Counted from the stretch's first letter, positions 1-15,663 are shown. The stretch: 64,000 nucleotides of DNA from Balanoglossus misakiensis (GCA_040954595.2 CM082596.2:9940461-10004460); one strand, 5' to 3'. A program made the numbers and translations. The notes: generated from the sequence alone by a model not told the origin.

Positions 1-3000
1 TGACATTGAATCCGATTCTTTGCATCAGGGTAAATGGCGATGCAAGCTTGATGATGCATCACGGTAGATAGTGATGCAAACACTTTACTTTGACATGGGT
101 ATTAAATGCATATGGGGATTTCAAGTTGATTACAAATCCCTGGGTTAATACGCGTCCAAAAGCACTGTAATTTGACATTGCTAATGCGATGTTGACATTG
201 AATGTAATTCTCCGCATTAGGGCAAATGGCAAAGCAAGCTTAATGATGCAATGGAGTAGACGGTGATGCAAGCTATGCATTTTGACATAGGTATTTAATG
301 CATGTGCATGGGTATTTAATGTTGAATGTAAATTCTCAGGTTAATACATCTCCAAAAGCACTGTAATTTAAAATTGCTAATGTAAGGGTGACATTGAATC
401 TGATTCTTTGCATTAGGGGAAATGGCGTAGCAAGCCTAATGATCCATCTGAGTAGATGGTGATGCAAGCTAAGCATTTTGACATAGGTACTAAATGTATA
501 TACATGGGTATTTAAAGTTGTCTGTAAATCACCAGGTTAATACATGGCCATAAGCACTATAATTTGACATTGCTAATGAAATGGTGACACTGAATCTGAT
601 TCTTTGCATCAGGGCATATTGTGAAGCATGCTTGATGATGCATTAGGGTCAATAGTGATGGAAACACTGCACTATGACATGGGTATTTAATGCATACGCA
701 TTGATATTTACAGTTGACTCTAAATCCCGAGGTTAATACATGGCTAAAAGCGCTGTAATTAAAATTACTAATGCAAAGGTTACATTGAATATGGGTAAAT
801 GGTGAAGCAAGCTTGAAGATGCATCAGGGTAGCTGGTGTTTCAAGCCCTTCACATTGACATTGGAATATAATTCATATGGGGATTTAAAATTGATTGTAA
901 ATCCCTAGGTTAATACATGGCCAAAAGCACTGTAATTTAAAATTGCTAATGCAATGGTGACATTGAATGTGATTCTTTGCATCAGGGCATATTGTGAAGC
1001 ATGCTTGATGATGCATTAGGGTCAATAGTGATGGAAACACTGCACTATGACATGGGTATTTAATGCATACGCATTGATATTTACAGTTGACTCTTAATCC
1101 CGAGGTTAATACATGGCTAAAAGCACTGTAATTTAAAATTACTAATGCAAAGGTTACATTGAATATGGGTAAATGGTGAAGCAAGCTTGAAGATGCATCA
1201 GGGTAGATGGTGTTTCAAGCCCTTCACATTGACATTGGAATATAATGCATATGGGGATTTAAAATTGATTGTAAATCCCTAAGTTAATACGTGGCCAAAA
1301 GCAATTTTATTTGACATTGCTAATGCAATGATGACATTGAATCCGATTCTTTGTATCAGGGTAAATGGCGATGCAAGCTTGATGATGCATCACGGCAGAT
1401 AGTGATGCAAACACTTCACTTTGACATGGGCATTAAATGCATATGGGGATTTCAAGTTGATTACAAATCCCTGGGTTAATACGCGTCCAAAAGCACTGTA
1501 ATTTGAAATTGCTAATGCGATGTTGACATTGAATGTAATTCTCCGCATTAGGGCAAATGGCAAAGCAAGCTTAATGATGCAATGGAGTAGACGGTGGTGC
1601 ATGCTATGCATGTTGACATAGGTATTTAATGCATGTGCATGGGTATTTAATGTTGAATGTAAATTCCCAGGTTAATACATCTCCAAAAGCACTGTAATTT
1701 AAAATTGCTAATGTAAGGGTGACATTGAATCTGATTCTTTGCATTATGGGAAATGGCGTAGCAAGCCTAATGATCCATCTGAGTAGATGGTGATGCAAGC
1801 TAAGCATTTTGATATAGGTACTAAATGTATATACATGGGTATTTAAAGTTGTCTGTAAATCCCCAGGTTAATACTTGGCAAAAAGCAATTTTATTTGACA
1901 TTGCTAATGAAATGGTGACACTGAATCTGATTCTTTGCATCAGGGTAAATGGCGATGCAAGCTTGATGATGCATCCCGGTAGATAGTGATGCAAACACTT
2001 CACTGTGACATGGGTATTAAATGCATATGGGGATTAAAAGTTGACTGAAAATCCCTGGGTTAATACAAGTCCAAAAGCACTGAAATTTGACATAGCTAAT
2101 ACAATGGTGACATTGAATGTGATTCTTTGCATTAGGGGAAATGGCGTAGCAAGCCTAATGATGCATCAGTGTAGATGGTGATCCAAGCTATGCTTTTTGA
2201 CATAGGTATTTAATGCATGTGCATGGGTATTTAATGTTGACTGTAAATCCCTGGGTTAATACAAATCCAAAAGCACTGTAATTTGACATTGCTAATACAA
2301 CGGTGTCATTTAATCTGATTCTTTGCATCAGGGCAAATTGCGAAGCAAGCTTAATGATGCATCGGAGTATATGGTGATGCAAGCTATGCACTTTGACATA
2401 CGTATTTAATGCATATGCATTGGTATTTAATGTTGACTGTAAATCCCCAGGTTAATACGTGGCCAAAAGCACTGTAATTTGACATTGCTAATGCTACCGT
2501 GACACTAAATCTGATTCTTTGCATTAGGGTAAATTGTGAAGCAAGCTTGATGATGCATCAGGATAGATGGTGTTTTAAGCCCCTCACATTGACATTGGAA
2601 TATAACGCATATGGGGATTTAAAGTTAATTGTAAATACCCAGGTTAATACATGGCCAAAAGCACTGTAATTTAAAATTGCTAATGCAATGGTGACATTGA
2701 ATGTGATTCTTTGCATTAGGGGAACTGGCGTAGCAATCCTAATAGTGCATCAGAGTAGATGGTGATGCAAGCTCTGCACTTTGACATAGGTATTTAATGC
2801 ATATGCATGTGTATTTAATGTTGACTATAAATCCTCGGGTGAATACATGGCCATAAACACTATAATTTGACATTGCTAATGAAATGGTGACACTGAATCT
2901 GATTCTTTGCATCAGGGCATATTGTGAAGCATGCTTGATGATGCATTAGGGTCAATAGTGATGGAAACACTGCACTATGACATGGGTATTTAATGCATAC

Positions 3001-6000
3001 GCATTGATATTTACAGTTGACTCTAAATCCCGAGGTTTATACATGGCTAAAAGCGCTGTAATTTAAAATTACTAATGCAAAGGTTACATTGAATATGGGT
3101 AAATGGTGAAGCAAGCTTGAAGATGCATCAGGGTAGCTGGTGTTTCAAGCCCTTCACATTGACATTGGAATATAATGCATATGGGGATTTAAAGTTGATT
3201 GTAAATCCCTAGGTTAATACATGGCCAAAAGCAATTTTATTTGACATTGCTAATTGAACGATGACATTGAATCCGATTCTTTGCATCAGGGTAAATGGCG
3301 ATGCAAGCTTGAAGATGCATCACGGTAGATAGTGATGCAAACACTTTACTTTGACATGGGTATTAAATGCATATGGGGATTTCAAGTTGATTACAAATCC
3401 CTGGGTTAATACGCGTCCAAAAGCACTGTAATTTGACATTGCTAATGCGATGTTGACATTGAATGTAATTCTCCGCATTAGGGCAAATGGCAAAGCAAGC
3501 TTAATGATGCAATGGAGTAGACCGTGATGCAAGCTATGCATTTTGACATAGGTATTTAATGCATGTGCATGGGTATTAAATGTTGAATGTAAATTCTCAG
3601 GTTAATACATCTCCAAAAGCACTGTAATTTAAAATTGCTAATGTAAGGGTGACATTGAATCTGATTCTTTGCATTAGGGGAAATGGCGTAGCAAGCCTAA
3701 TGATCCATCTGAGTAGATGGTGATGCAAGCTAAGCATTTTGACATAGGTACTAAATGTATATACATGGGTATTTAAAGTTGTCTGTAAATCCCCAGGTTA
3801 ATACATGGCCATAAGCATTATAATTTGACATTGCTAATGAAATGGTGACACTAAATCTGATTCTTTGCATCAGGGCATATAGTGAAGCATGCTTGATGAT
3901 GTATTAGGGTCAATAGTGATGGAAACACTGCACTATTACATGGGTATTTAATGCATACGCATTGATATTTACAGTTGACTCTAAATCCCGAGGTTAATAC
4001 ATGGCTAAAAGCGCTGTAATTTAAAATTACTAATGCAAAGGTTACATTGAATATGGGTAAATGGTGAAGCAAGCTTGAAGATGCATCAGGGTAGCTGGTG
4101 TTTCAAGCCCTTCACATTGACATTGGAATATAATGCATATGGGGATTTAAAATTGATTGTAAATCCCTAGGTTAATACATGGCCAAAAGCACTGTAATTT
4201 AAAATTGCTAGTGCAATGGTGACATTGAATGTGATTCTTTGCATCAGGGCATATTGTGAAGCATGCTTGATGATGCATTAGGGTCAATAGTGATGGAAAC
4301 ACTGCACTATGACATGGGTATTTAATGCATACGCATTGATATTTACAGTTGACTCTTAATCCTGAGGTTAATACATGGCTAAAAGCACTGTAATTTAAAA
4401 TTACTAATGCAAAGGTTACATTGAATATGGGTAAATGGTGAAGCAAGCTTGAAGATGCATCAGGGTAGATGGTGTTTCAAGCCCTTCACATTGACATTGG
4501 AATATAATGCATATGGGGATTTAAAATTGATTGTAAATCCCTAGGTTAATACGTGGCCAAAAGCAATTTTATTTGACATTGCTAATGCAACGATGACATT
4601 GAATCCGATTCTTTGTATCAGGGTAAATGGCGATGCAAGCTTGATGATGCATCACGGTAGATAGTGATGCAAACACTTCACTTTGACATGGGCATTAAAT
4701 GCATATGGGGATTTCAAGTTGATTACAAATCCCTGGGTTAATACGCGTCCAAAAGCACTGTAATTTGACATTGCTAATGCGATGTTGACATTGAATGTAA
4801 TTCTCCGCATTAGGGCAAATGGCAAAGCAAGCTTAATGATGCAATGGAGTAGACGGTGATGCAAGCTATGCATTTTGACATAGGTATTTAATGCATGTGC
4901 ATGGGTATTTAATGTTGAATGTAAATTCCCAGGTTAATACATCTCCAAAAGCACTGTAATTTAAAATTGCTAATGCAAGGGTGACATTGAATCTGATTCT
5001 TTGCATTATGGGAAATTGCGTAGCAAGCCTAATGATGCATCTGAGTAGATGGTGATGCAAGCTAAGCATTTTGATATAGGTACTAAATGTATATACATGG
5101 GTATTTAAAGTTGTCTGTAAATCCCCAGGTTAATACTTGGCAAAAAGCAATTTTATTTGACATTGCTAATGAAATGGTGACACTGAATCTGATTCTTTAC
5201 ATCAGGGTAAATGGCGATGCAAGCTTGATGATGCATCCCGGTAGATAGTGATGCAAACACTTCACTGTGACATGGGTATTAAATGCATATGGGGATTAAA
5301 AGTTGACTGAAAATCCCTGGGTTAATACAAGTCCAAAAGCACTGAAATTTGACATAGCTAATACAATGGTGACATTGAATGTGATTCTTTGCATTAGGGG
5401 AAATGGCGTAGCAAGCCTAATGATGCATCAGTGTAGATGGTGATCCAAGCTATGCTTTTTGACATAGGTATTTAATGCATGTGCATGGGTATTTAATGTT
5501 GACTGTAAATCCCTGGGTTAATACAAATCCAAAAGCACTGTAATTTGACATTGCTAATACAACGGTGTCATTTAATCTGATTCTTTGCATCAGGGCAAAT
5601 TGCGAAGCAAGCTTAATGATGCATCGGAGTATATGGTGATGCAAGCTATGCACTTTGACATACGTATTTAATGCATATGCATTGGTATTTAATGTTGACT
5701 GTAAATCCCCAGGTTAATACGTGGCCAAAAGCACTGTAATTTGACATTGCTAATGCTACCGTGACACTAAATCTGATTCTTTGCATTAGGGTAAATTGTG
5801 AAGCAAGCTTGATGATGCATCAGGATAGACGGTGTTTTAAGCCCCTCACATTGACATTGGAATATAACGCATATGGGGATTTAAAGTTAATTGTAAATAC
5901 CCAGGTTAATACATGGCCAAAAGCACTGTAATTTAAAATTGCTAATGCAATGGTGACATTGAATGTGATTCTTTGCATTAGGGGAACTGGCGTAGCAATC

Positions 6001-9000
6001 CTAATAGTGCATCAGAGTAGATGGTGATGCAAGCTCTGCACTTTGACATAGGTATTTAATGCATATGCATGTGTATTTAATGTTGACTATAAATCCTCAG
6101 GTGAATACATGGCCATAAACACTATAATTTGACATTGCTAATGAAATGGTGACACTGAATCTGATTCTTTGCATCAGGGCATATTGTGAAGCATGCTTGA
6201 TGATGCATTAGGGTCAATAGTGATGGAAACACTGCACTATGACATGGGTATTTAATGCATACGCATTGATATTTACAGTTGACTCTAAATCCCGAGGTTT
6301 ATACATGGCTAAAAGCGCTGTAATTTAAAATTACTAATGCAAAGGTTACATTGAATATGGGTAAATGGTGAAGCAAGCTTGAAGATGCATCAGGGTAGCT
6401 GGTGTTTCAAGCCCTTCACATTGACATTGGAATATAATGCATATGGGGATTTAAAGTTGATTGTAAATCCCTAGGTTAATACATGGCCAAAAGCAATTTT
6501 ATTTGACATTGCTAATTGAACGATGACATTGAATCCGATTCTTTGCATCAGGGTAAATGGCGATGCAAGCTTGATGATGCATCACGGTAGATAGTGATGC
6601 AAACACTTTACTTTGACATGGGTATTAAATGCATATGGGGATTTCAATTTGATTACAAATCCCTGGGTTAATACGCGTCCAAAAGCACTGTAATTTGACA
6701 TTGCTAATGCGATGTTGACATTGAATGTAATTCTCCGCATTAGGGCAAATGGCAAAGCAAGCTTAATGATGCAATGGAGTAGACCGTGATGCAAGCTATG
6801 CATTTTGACATAGGTATTTAATGCATGTGCATGGGTATTAAATGTTGAATGTAAATTCTCAGGTTAATACATCTCCAAAAGCACTGTAATTTAAAATTGC
6901 TAATGTAAGGGTGACATTGAATCTGATTCTTTGCATTAGGGGAAATGGCGTAGCAAGCCTAATGATCCATCTGAGTAGATGGTGATGCAAGCTAAGCATT
7001 TTGACATAGGTACTAAATGTATATACATGGGTATTTAAAGTTGTCTGTAAATCCCCAGGTTAATACATGGCCATAAGCATTATAATTTGACATTGCTAAT
7101 GAAATGGTGACACTGAATCTGATTCTTTGCATCAGGGCATATTGTGAAGCATGCTTGATGATGTATTAGGGTCAATAGTGATGGAAACACTGCACTATGA
7201 CATGGGTATTTAATGCATACGCATTGATATTTACAGTTGACTCTAAATCCCGAGGTTAATACATGGCTAAAAGCGCTGTAATTTAAAATTACTAATGCAA
7301 AGGTTACATTGAATATGGGTAAATGGTGACGCAAGCTTGAAGATGCATCAGGGTAGCTGGTGTTTCAAGCCCTTCACATTGACATTGGAATATAATGCAT
7401 ATGGGGATTTAAAATTGATTGTAAATCCCTAGGTTAATACATGGCCAAAAGCACTGTAATTTAAAATTGCTAGTGCAATGGTGACATTGAATGTGATTCT
7501 TTGCATCAGGGCATATTGTGAAGCATGCTTGATGATGCATTAGGGTCAATAGTGATGGAAACACTGCACTATGACATGGGTATTTAATGCATACGCATTG
7601 ATATTTACAGTTGACTCTTAATCCCGAGGTTAATACATGGCTAAAAGCACTGTAATTTAAAATTACTAATGCAAAGGTTACATTGAATATGGGTAAATGG
7701 TGAAGCAAGCTTGAAGATGCATCAGGGTAGATGGTGTTTCAAGCCCTTCACATTGACATTGGAATATAATGCATATGGGGATTTAAAATTGATTGTAAAT
7801 CCCTAGGTTAATACGTGGCCAAAAGCAATTTTATTTGACATTGCTAATGCAACGATGACATTGAATCCGATTCTTTGTATCAGGGTAAATGGCGATGCAA
7901 GCTTGATGATGCATCACGGTAGATAGTGATGCAAACACTTCACTTTGACATGGGCATTAAATGCATATGGGGATTTCAAGTTGATTACAAATCCCTGGGT
8001 TAATACGCGTCCAAAAGCACTGTAATTTGACATTGCTAATGCGATGTTGACATTGAATGTAATTCTCCGCATTAGGGCAAATGGCAAAGCAAGCTTAATG
8101 ATGCAATGGAGTAGACGGTGATGCAAGCTATGCATTTTGACATAGGTATTTAATGCATGTGCATGGGTATTTAATGTTGAATGTAAATTCCCAGGTTAAT
8201 ACATCTCCAAAAGCACTGTAATTTAAAATTGCTAATGTAAGGGTGACATTGAATCTGATTCTTTGCATTATGGGAAATGGCGTAGCAAGCCTAATGATGC
8301 ATCTGAGTAGATGGTGATGCAAGCTAAGCATTTTGATATAGGTACTAAATGTATATACATGGGTATTTAAAGTTGTCTGTAAATCCCCAGGTTAATACTT
8401 GGCAAAAAGCAATTTTATTTGACATTGCTAATGAAATGGTGACACTGAATCTGATTCTTTGCATCAGGGTAAATGGCGATGCAAGCTTGATGATGCATCC
8501 CGGTAGATAGTGATGCAAACACTTCACTGTGACATGGGTATTAAATGCATATGGGGATTAAAAGTTGACTGAAAATCCCTGGGTTAATACAAGTCCAAAA
8601 GCACTGAAATTTGACATAGCTAATACAATGGTGACATTGAATGTGATTCTTTGCATTAGGGGAAATGGCGTAGCAAGCCTAATGATGCATCAGTGTAGAT
8701 GGTGATCCAAGCTATGCTTTTTGACATAGGTATTTAATGCATGTGCATGGGTATTTAATGTTGACTGTAAATCCCTGGGTTAATACAAATCCAAAAGCAC
8801 TGTAATTTGACATTGCTAATACAACGGTGTCATTTAATCTGATTCTTTGCATCAGGGCAAATTGCGAAGCAAGCTTAATGATGCATCGGAGTATATGGTG
8901 ATGCAAGCTATGCACTTTGACATACGTATTTAATGCATATGCATTGGTATTTAATGTTGACTGTAAATCCCCAGGTTAATACGTGGCCAAAAGCACTGTA

Positions 9001-12000
9001 ATTTGACATTGCTAATGCTACCGTGACACTAAATCTGATTCTTTGCATTAGAGTAAATTGTGAAGCAAGCTTGATGATGCATCAGGATAGATGGTGTTTT
9101 AAGCCCCTCACATTGACATTGGAATATAACGCATATGGGGATTTAAAGTTAATTGTAAATACCCAGGTTAATACATGGCCAAAAGCACTGTAATTTAAAA
9201 TTGCTAATGCAATGGTGACATTGAATGTGATTCTTTGCATTAGGGGAACTGGCGTAGCAATCCTAATAGTGCATCAGAGTAGATGGTGATGCAAGCTCTG
9301 CACTTTGACATAGGTATTTAATGCATATGCATGTGTATTTAATGTTGACTATAAATCCTCAGGTGAATACATGGCCATAAACACTATAATTTGACATTGC
9401 TAATGAAATGGTGACACTGAATCTGATTCTTTGCATCAGGGCATATTGTGAAGCATGCTTGATGATGCATTAGGGTCAATAGTGATGGAAACACTGCACT
9501 ATGACATGGGTATTTAATGCATACGCATTGATATTTACAGTTGACTCTAAATCCCGAGGTTTATACATGGCTAAAAGCGCTGTAATTTAAAATTACTAAT
9601 GCAAAGGTTACATTGAATATGGGTAAATGGTGAAGCAAGCTTGAAGATGCATCAGGGTAGCTGGTGTTTCAAGCCCTTCACATTGACATTGGAATATAAT
9701 GCATATGGGGATTTAAAATTGATTGTAAATCCCTAGGTTAATACATGGCCAAAAGCACTGTAATTTAAAATTGCTAATGCAATGGTGACATTGAATGTGA
9801 TTCTTTGCATCAGGGCATATTGTGAAGCATGCGTGATGATGCATTAGGGTCAATAGTGATGGAAACACTGCACTATGACATGGGTATTTAATGCATACGC
9901 ATTGATATTTACAGTTGACTCTTAATCCCGAGGTTAATACATGGCTAAAAGCACTGTAATTTAAAATTACTAATGCAAAGGTTACATTGAATATGGGTAA
10001 ATGGTGAAGCAAGCTTGAAGATGCATCAGGGTAGATGGTGTTTCAAGCCCTTCACATTGACATTGGAATATAATGCATATGGGGATTTAAAATTGATTGT
10101 AAATCCCTAGGTTAATACGTGGCCAAAAGCAATTTTATTTGACATTGCTAATGCAACGATGACATTGAATCCGATTCTTTGTATCAGGGTAAATGGCGAT
10201 GCAAGCTTGATGATGCATCACGGTAGATAGTGATGCAAACACTTCACTTTGACATGGGCATTAAATGCATATGGGGATTTCAAGTTGTTTACAAATCCCT
10301 GGGTTAATATGCATCCAAAAGTACTGTAATTTGACATTGCTAATGCGATGTTAACATTGAATGTAATTCTCCGCATTAGGGCAAATGGCAAAGCAAGCTT
10401 AATGATGCAATGGAGTAGACGGTGATGCAAGCTATGCATTTTGACATAGGTATTTAATGCATGTGCATGGGTATTTAATGTTGAATGTAAATTCCCAGGT
10501 TAATACATCTCCAAAAGCACTGTAATTTAAAATTGCTAATGTAAGGGTGACATTGAATCTGATTCTTTGCATTATGGGAAATGGCCTAACAAGCCTAATG
10601 ATCCATCTGAGTAGATGGTGATGCAAGCTAAGCATTTTGACATAGGTACTAAATGTATATACATGGGTATTTAAAGTTGTCTGTAAATCCCCAGGTTAAT
10701 ACATGGCCATAAGCTCTATAATTTGACATTGCTAATGAAATGGTGACACTGAATCCGATTCTTTGCATCAGGGCATATTGTGAAGCATGCTTGATGATGT
10801 ATTAGTGTCAACAGTGATGGAAACACTGCACTATGACATGGGTATTTAATGCATATGCATTGATATTTACAGTTGACTCTAAATCCCGAGGTTAATACAT
10901 GGCTAAAAGCGCTGTAATTTAAAATTACTAATGCAAAGGTTACATTAAATATGGGTAAATGGTGAAGCAAGCTTGAAGATGCATCAGGGTAGATGGTGTT
11001 TCAAGCCCTTCACATTGACTTGGAATATAATGCATATGGGGATTTAAAATTGATTGTAAATCCCTAGGTTAATACGTGGCCAAAAGCAATTTTATTTGAC
11101 ATTGCTAATGCAACGATGACATTGAATCCGATTCTTTGCATCAGGGTAAATGGCGATGCAAGCTTGATGATGCCTCATGGTAGATAGTGATGCAAACACT
11201 TCACTTTGACATGGGCATTAAATGCATATGGGGATTTCAAGTTGATTACAAATCCCTGGATTAATACGCGTCCAAAAGCACTGTAATTTGACATTGCTAA
11301 TGCGATGTTGACATTGAATGTAATTCTCCGCATTAGGGCAAATGGCAAAGCAAGCTTAATGATGCAATGGAGTAGACGGTGATGCAAGCTATGCATTTTG
11401 ACATAGGTATTTAATGCATGTGCTTGGGTATTTAATGTTGAATGTAAATTCCCAGGTTAATACATCTCCAAAAGCACTGTAATTTAAAATTGCTAATGTA
11501 AGGGTGACATTGAATCTGATTCTTTGCATTATGGGAAATGGCATAGCAAGCCTAATGATCCATCTGAGTAGATGGTGATGCAAGCTAAGCATTTTGATAT
11601 AGGTACTAAATGTATATACATGGGTATTTAATGTTGAATGTAAATTCCCAGGTTAATACATCTCCAAAAGCACTGTAATTTAAAATTGCTAATGTAAGGG
11701 TGACATTGAATCTGATTCTTTGCATTATGGGAAATGGCATAGCAAGCCTAATGATCCATCTGAGTAGATGGTGATGCAAGCTAAGCATTTTGATATAGGT
11801 ACTAAATGTATATACATGGGTATTTAAAGTTGTCTGTAAATCCCCAGGTTAATTCTTGGCAAAAAGCAATTTTATTTTACATTGCTAATGAAATGGTGAC
11901 ACTGAATCTGATTCTTTGCATCAGGGTAAATGGCGATGCAAGCTTGATGATGCATCCCGGTAGATAGTGATGCAAACACTTCACTTTGACATGGGTATTA

Positions 12001-12440
12001 AATGCATATGGGGATTAAAAGTTGACTGAAAATCCCTGGGTTAATACAAGTCCAAAAGCACTGAAATTTGACATAGCTAATACAATGGTGACATTGAATG
12101 TGATTCTTTGCATTAGGGGAAATGGCGTAGCAAGCCTAATGATGCATCAGTGTAGATGGTGATCCAAGCTCTGCGCTTTGGCATACGTATTTAATGCATG
12201 TGCATGGGTATTTAATGTTGAATGTAAATTCCCAGGTTAATATATGCATGGGTATTTAATGTTGACTGTAAATCCCTAGGTTAATACATGGCCATAAGTA
12301 CTGTAAGGGGTAGATGGTGATGCAAGCTCTGCACTTTGACATGGGGATTAAATGCATGCTGAGGGGGATTTTAAGTTGTCTGTAAATCCCCAGGTTGATA
12401 TGTGGCCAAAAGCACTGTAATTTGACATTGCTAATGATGG
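1..12440. repeat. Satellite DNA, ~196-bp monomer (variants ~192 and ~178 bp) in a 17-monomer 3262-bp higher-order repeat
   Basis: The GGTTAATAC anchor recurs at 143, 339, 535, 731, 908, 1104... Near-identical spurious ORFs recur at a 3262-bp period (885/4147/7409; 1390/4652/7914; 2188/5450/8712). The array runs off the left edge of the window. Confidence 0.97.
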
Positions 12441-12860
12441 TGAGCTGTACTCCCCAGGGAGTTGAATGGAATGTTTAGGTCCAACGACCTAGGTCAAATG
12501 ACCATGGGACAACTTTAAAGCATGTTGAGATTTAATGTGCTACATAAGTTATAAATATTATATTAATATTATTACATAAACAACACTCTTACCTAGCTAA
12601 GGAAGTGGTCAGGTGAAAAATATTTGCAGAGCTGACCAATTATTTAAGGAATATTAAAGTTGGGTAATTTGGACGTATTCATACGGGTGTTGGTCAATGG
12701 AAAGTCCTTTGTTCATTTTCAAAATGGCAACCAAAAATGCGAACAAAACACACTGAATTATGTACGGGATATTGGTGTTGCCTAATTTGCGTGTTTCCAC
12801 ATTTACTTAAACTCTCACAGGGAGACAAATGTCACAGCAAACGGAAAAATGACTATGCTA
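12340..12860 (+). repeat. ~520-bp block (last satellite part-monomer + SINE 3' half + flank), duplicated at 16437-16965
   Basis: CATGGGGATTAAATGCA...GTCACAGCAAACGGAAAA is colinear in both places with scattered substitutions. Confidence 0.85.
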
Positions 12861-13230
12861 CACACAACACTTTTATTGATCATGGAAAATGTTCATGAGA
12901 ATTGTGTTATGGTACTTTTCGGGGCTCACGACCTGTGTTATAGGAAATCTGACAAGGAATCCAAACTGTACCACATACACAACACTTTAATTAAGCATGG
13001 GAAATGGTCCTGAGAACAATATTCTCAGAGTTGACAAACTGTGTTATCTGCGTTATATTGATGTTGTCTAATTTACACGCCTGTACATTTATTTATACTC
13101 TGACTTTGAGCTTAATAAGGCAGCGCCTGCTAAGGTCAATTTGCCACGTACACTTTTAATTAGCATAGATAATGATCATGATAACTTCATTTTCAGAGCT
13201 GACAAACTGTGTTATGTGAAATTCATGTTG
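12860..13230. repeat. Degenerate short tandem repeat (3 diverged copies)
   Basis: An ACACTTT(T)A(A)TT...CAT...AATG motif recurs near 12865, 12980 and 13150; TGACAAACTGTGTTAT occurs twice. Confidence 0.45.
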
Positions 13231-14379
13231 CCTATTTCATGATAATGGCTTGTGGTACACAATGGTTAACAGCAATCAGCAATTGCTTGTATGATAGGTA
13301 TAATGATCGATTTACAAATTTCAATGGTATAATAATGGGCAACACATGTGGAAGTGTTTAATAAACAGTTAACTGATGTGGTGATGGTTTGTGGTAAAAT
13401 TGAGGGTACACAGATTATAATGGGCAAAACAATGAATATAATAGAGGTTGATGATGGTGAATGGTTTCATATGAATGGTGTAATAAAGGTTAACAAATGT
13501 GGTGATAGCTTTGGTGTACAGGGCTGTTCATATCTTTAGTAATGACAAAGGTATAATAGTGATAAAAGCTTAAATAAGTGTTAGGGTACAATCTTCATGA
13601 TGGTTCATTCATTGGTTAATGTGTATATTTTATTAATATCATGCTATTGTTTATCAGTTAGATCATAATCAGGGTTTTTCCATGCACATAGTCATCATGA
13701 ATCAGCGGAATTCTTCTGAATAGTACCTGTGATCATTTTTGCGCACCGACGCATTGTACGCGACAGACATGCAGAAAATATTAACATGTAACTCACAGGC
13801 ATAGTGTTAAATCTAAACGACTATATGTTAGATAAGCTTTACCTCCCCACCCCATCAAAATTCCAAATTTAGCTTGATGTGACGTTTTCGGGTAGTACCA
13901 ATTCGGAAACTTTCATGGTTCATTCATTGAACCAAATATTGGATTTGACACACTGTGTCTTGGGTGGGTAAAGCATGGTGAAATGTTGGCAGTAAACTTT
14001 AACCAGACAGGTCACATGAAAGGAAGATTTTATCATTTGAGTTCGATGGCATACATGATAAGATATGTCAGTTCTGACACCTTTTTTGCAGACGTAGATG
14101 CTGATGTATTTTTTCCATTGGACACAATACTCAAAGTCCAGTCTGTGTTTAAAATGATACCCTGGTCACACACAGTGAGAAATGTCAGCCTTTGACTTAA
14201 TTATCTAATTTATGCATTGTTAACAATGCACTGTGACATTTACTGCATGTATTTTTCCCCCTGTGGAAACTTACTATGCTTTGAATACATGTTCCCTAAT
14301 GGGGTGTTAAAGGATACAGTAGGATCTGTTTCGGTAGCAAATATGACACTGTTTTCAACATATTTGACTGGTGGCAATA

Positions 14380-14888
14380 TGTGGTTTTACGTTGGTATCC
14401 ATCATGTAACTCAGATCACCTATATGAAGCTCCATAGTAAATTTCACAGAAGTCGGCTGATCAATTCCAGAAAAGTAGATTTTTTACCAAAAATGTGGAA
14501 AAAGACAAAAAAATGCATAACAAGTAGAAAATTCACACTATTAGCTTAAAACATACAGAAATGTGTGAGGCTAATATAAGGTACTATCATACCATTTTTT
14601 CAAATCAATATGACCAGGACTTGTCGAGTTTCTGAGTTTTGACCAAATTAAGGTTTTCCCAGCTAATTTGTATATATTTTTGGCAATGACAACTTCGTTT
14701 GAACAAACTCCCATCTACAGCCTAGCATGCATCTACACACCAAATATTGAGGTTATTGGCGCAACGGTTTTCAAGTTTTTGATGTGTACGGACATACATC
14801 CATCTATCCGTCCATATGTCCATACATACATACAGACGCAACCAAATCCATAAGGTCCCACTGTATATACCTATACAAATGGGACCAA
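14380..14888 (-). mobile_element. Partial non-autonomous Helentron-type (HINE/DINE-1-like) element, same family as 39921-41910
   Basis: 14540-14888 aligns by eye with 41540-41910, including the CATA/CATC microsatellite and the GGTCCCA...TGGGACC terminal hairpin. The far end was not located. Confidence 0.7.
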
Positions 14889-15663
14889 ATAAAACACACA
14901 AAAAATAACACTTAACATCTTACAGTGCAGGGCCTTGCTAGTTGATGTGGTACAATTCTATCATATCACTTCACAGCTGGTAGCCAAGGGCAGTGTTTGC
15001 ACAGAGGAGCCTCCTGAATGTCTTCGCTCGTTCACACCTCTTCAGTGATAATGTCTGGATTACATTGACATGAAACTGTTTGTTCAGTAGTGTTTCAACT
15101 GCCAGCTACCTGGGTTCATTTTACACCCAAACACTGAAAATATTGCAGCAGTCAATAATATAACCTACACACTGTGTGAAATTCACCATGTTCTAAAGTA
15201 ATGTTGATGTCTAATGTGCATTGTGACTTACAGGGCATGCACGGCTAAAGCTTGTCGAAAGTTGACAAAGCAAAAGACCAGACCAGTTGCCTGTTTTAAA
15301 ATGTGCTTCATTCCAAGGACCTTGGCGATGAGTCATGAATTGGGAAACGTTCATGAGACCCATTTTTTTTCACTGGACCAGCACATTTAATGATATGACC
15401 ATGAAATTGAACTGTTCCCAGGAGCTACTGAGAGTTGCCTTGTTTCACCCCCAAGTTACTACCTGGGGTTTTTACAATGACGACAGTAGTTCCAAAAAAA
15501 AACGTTGTACTTTTATGAATAATCGATTAGGGTAGATTTATTCATGGTAGTAAAACTTTTTGGCCTGCAGTTGCCAAACAAAGACAATTACAAGTAAGGG
15601 ACTGGACGTAAACTACCAGGGGGAGCGCAGGGGAATTGACGAAAGCGATGGCCTCAAATTAAT

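Noticed and set aside
59-11788. Many 60-99-aa ORFs (MHSLHH..., MLHHLP...)
   Set aside because: Translations of satellite monomers that recur with the array period; no coding signal.
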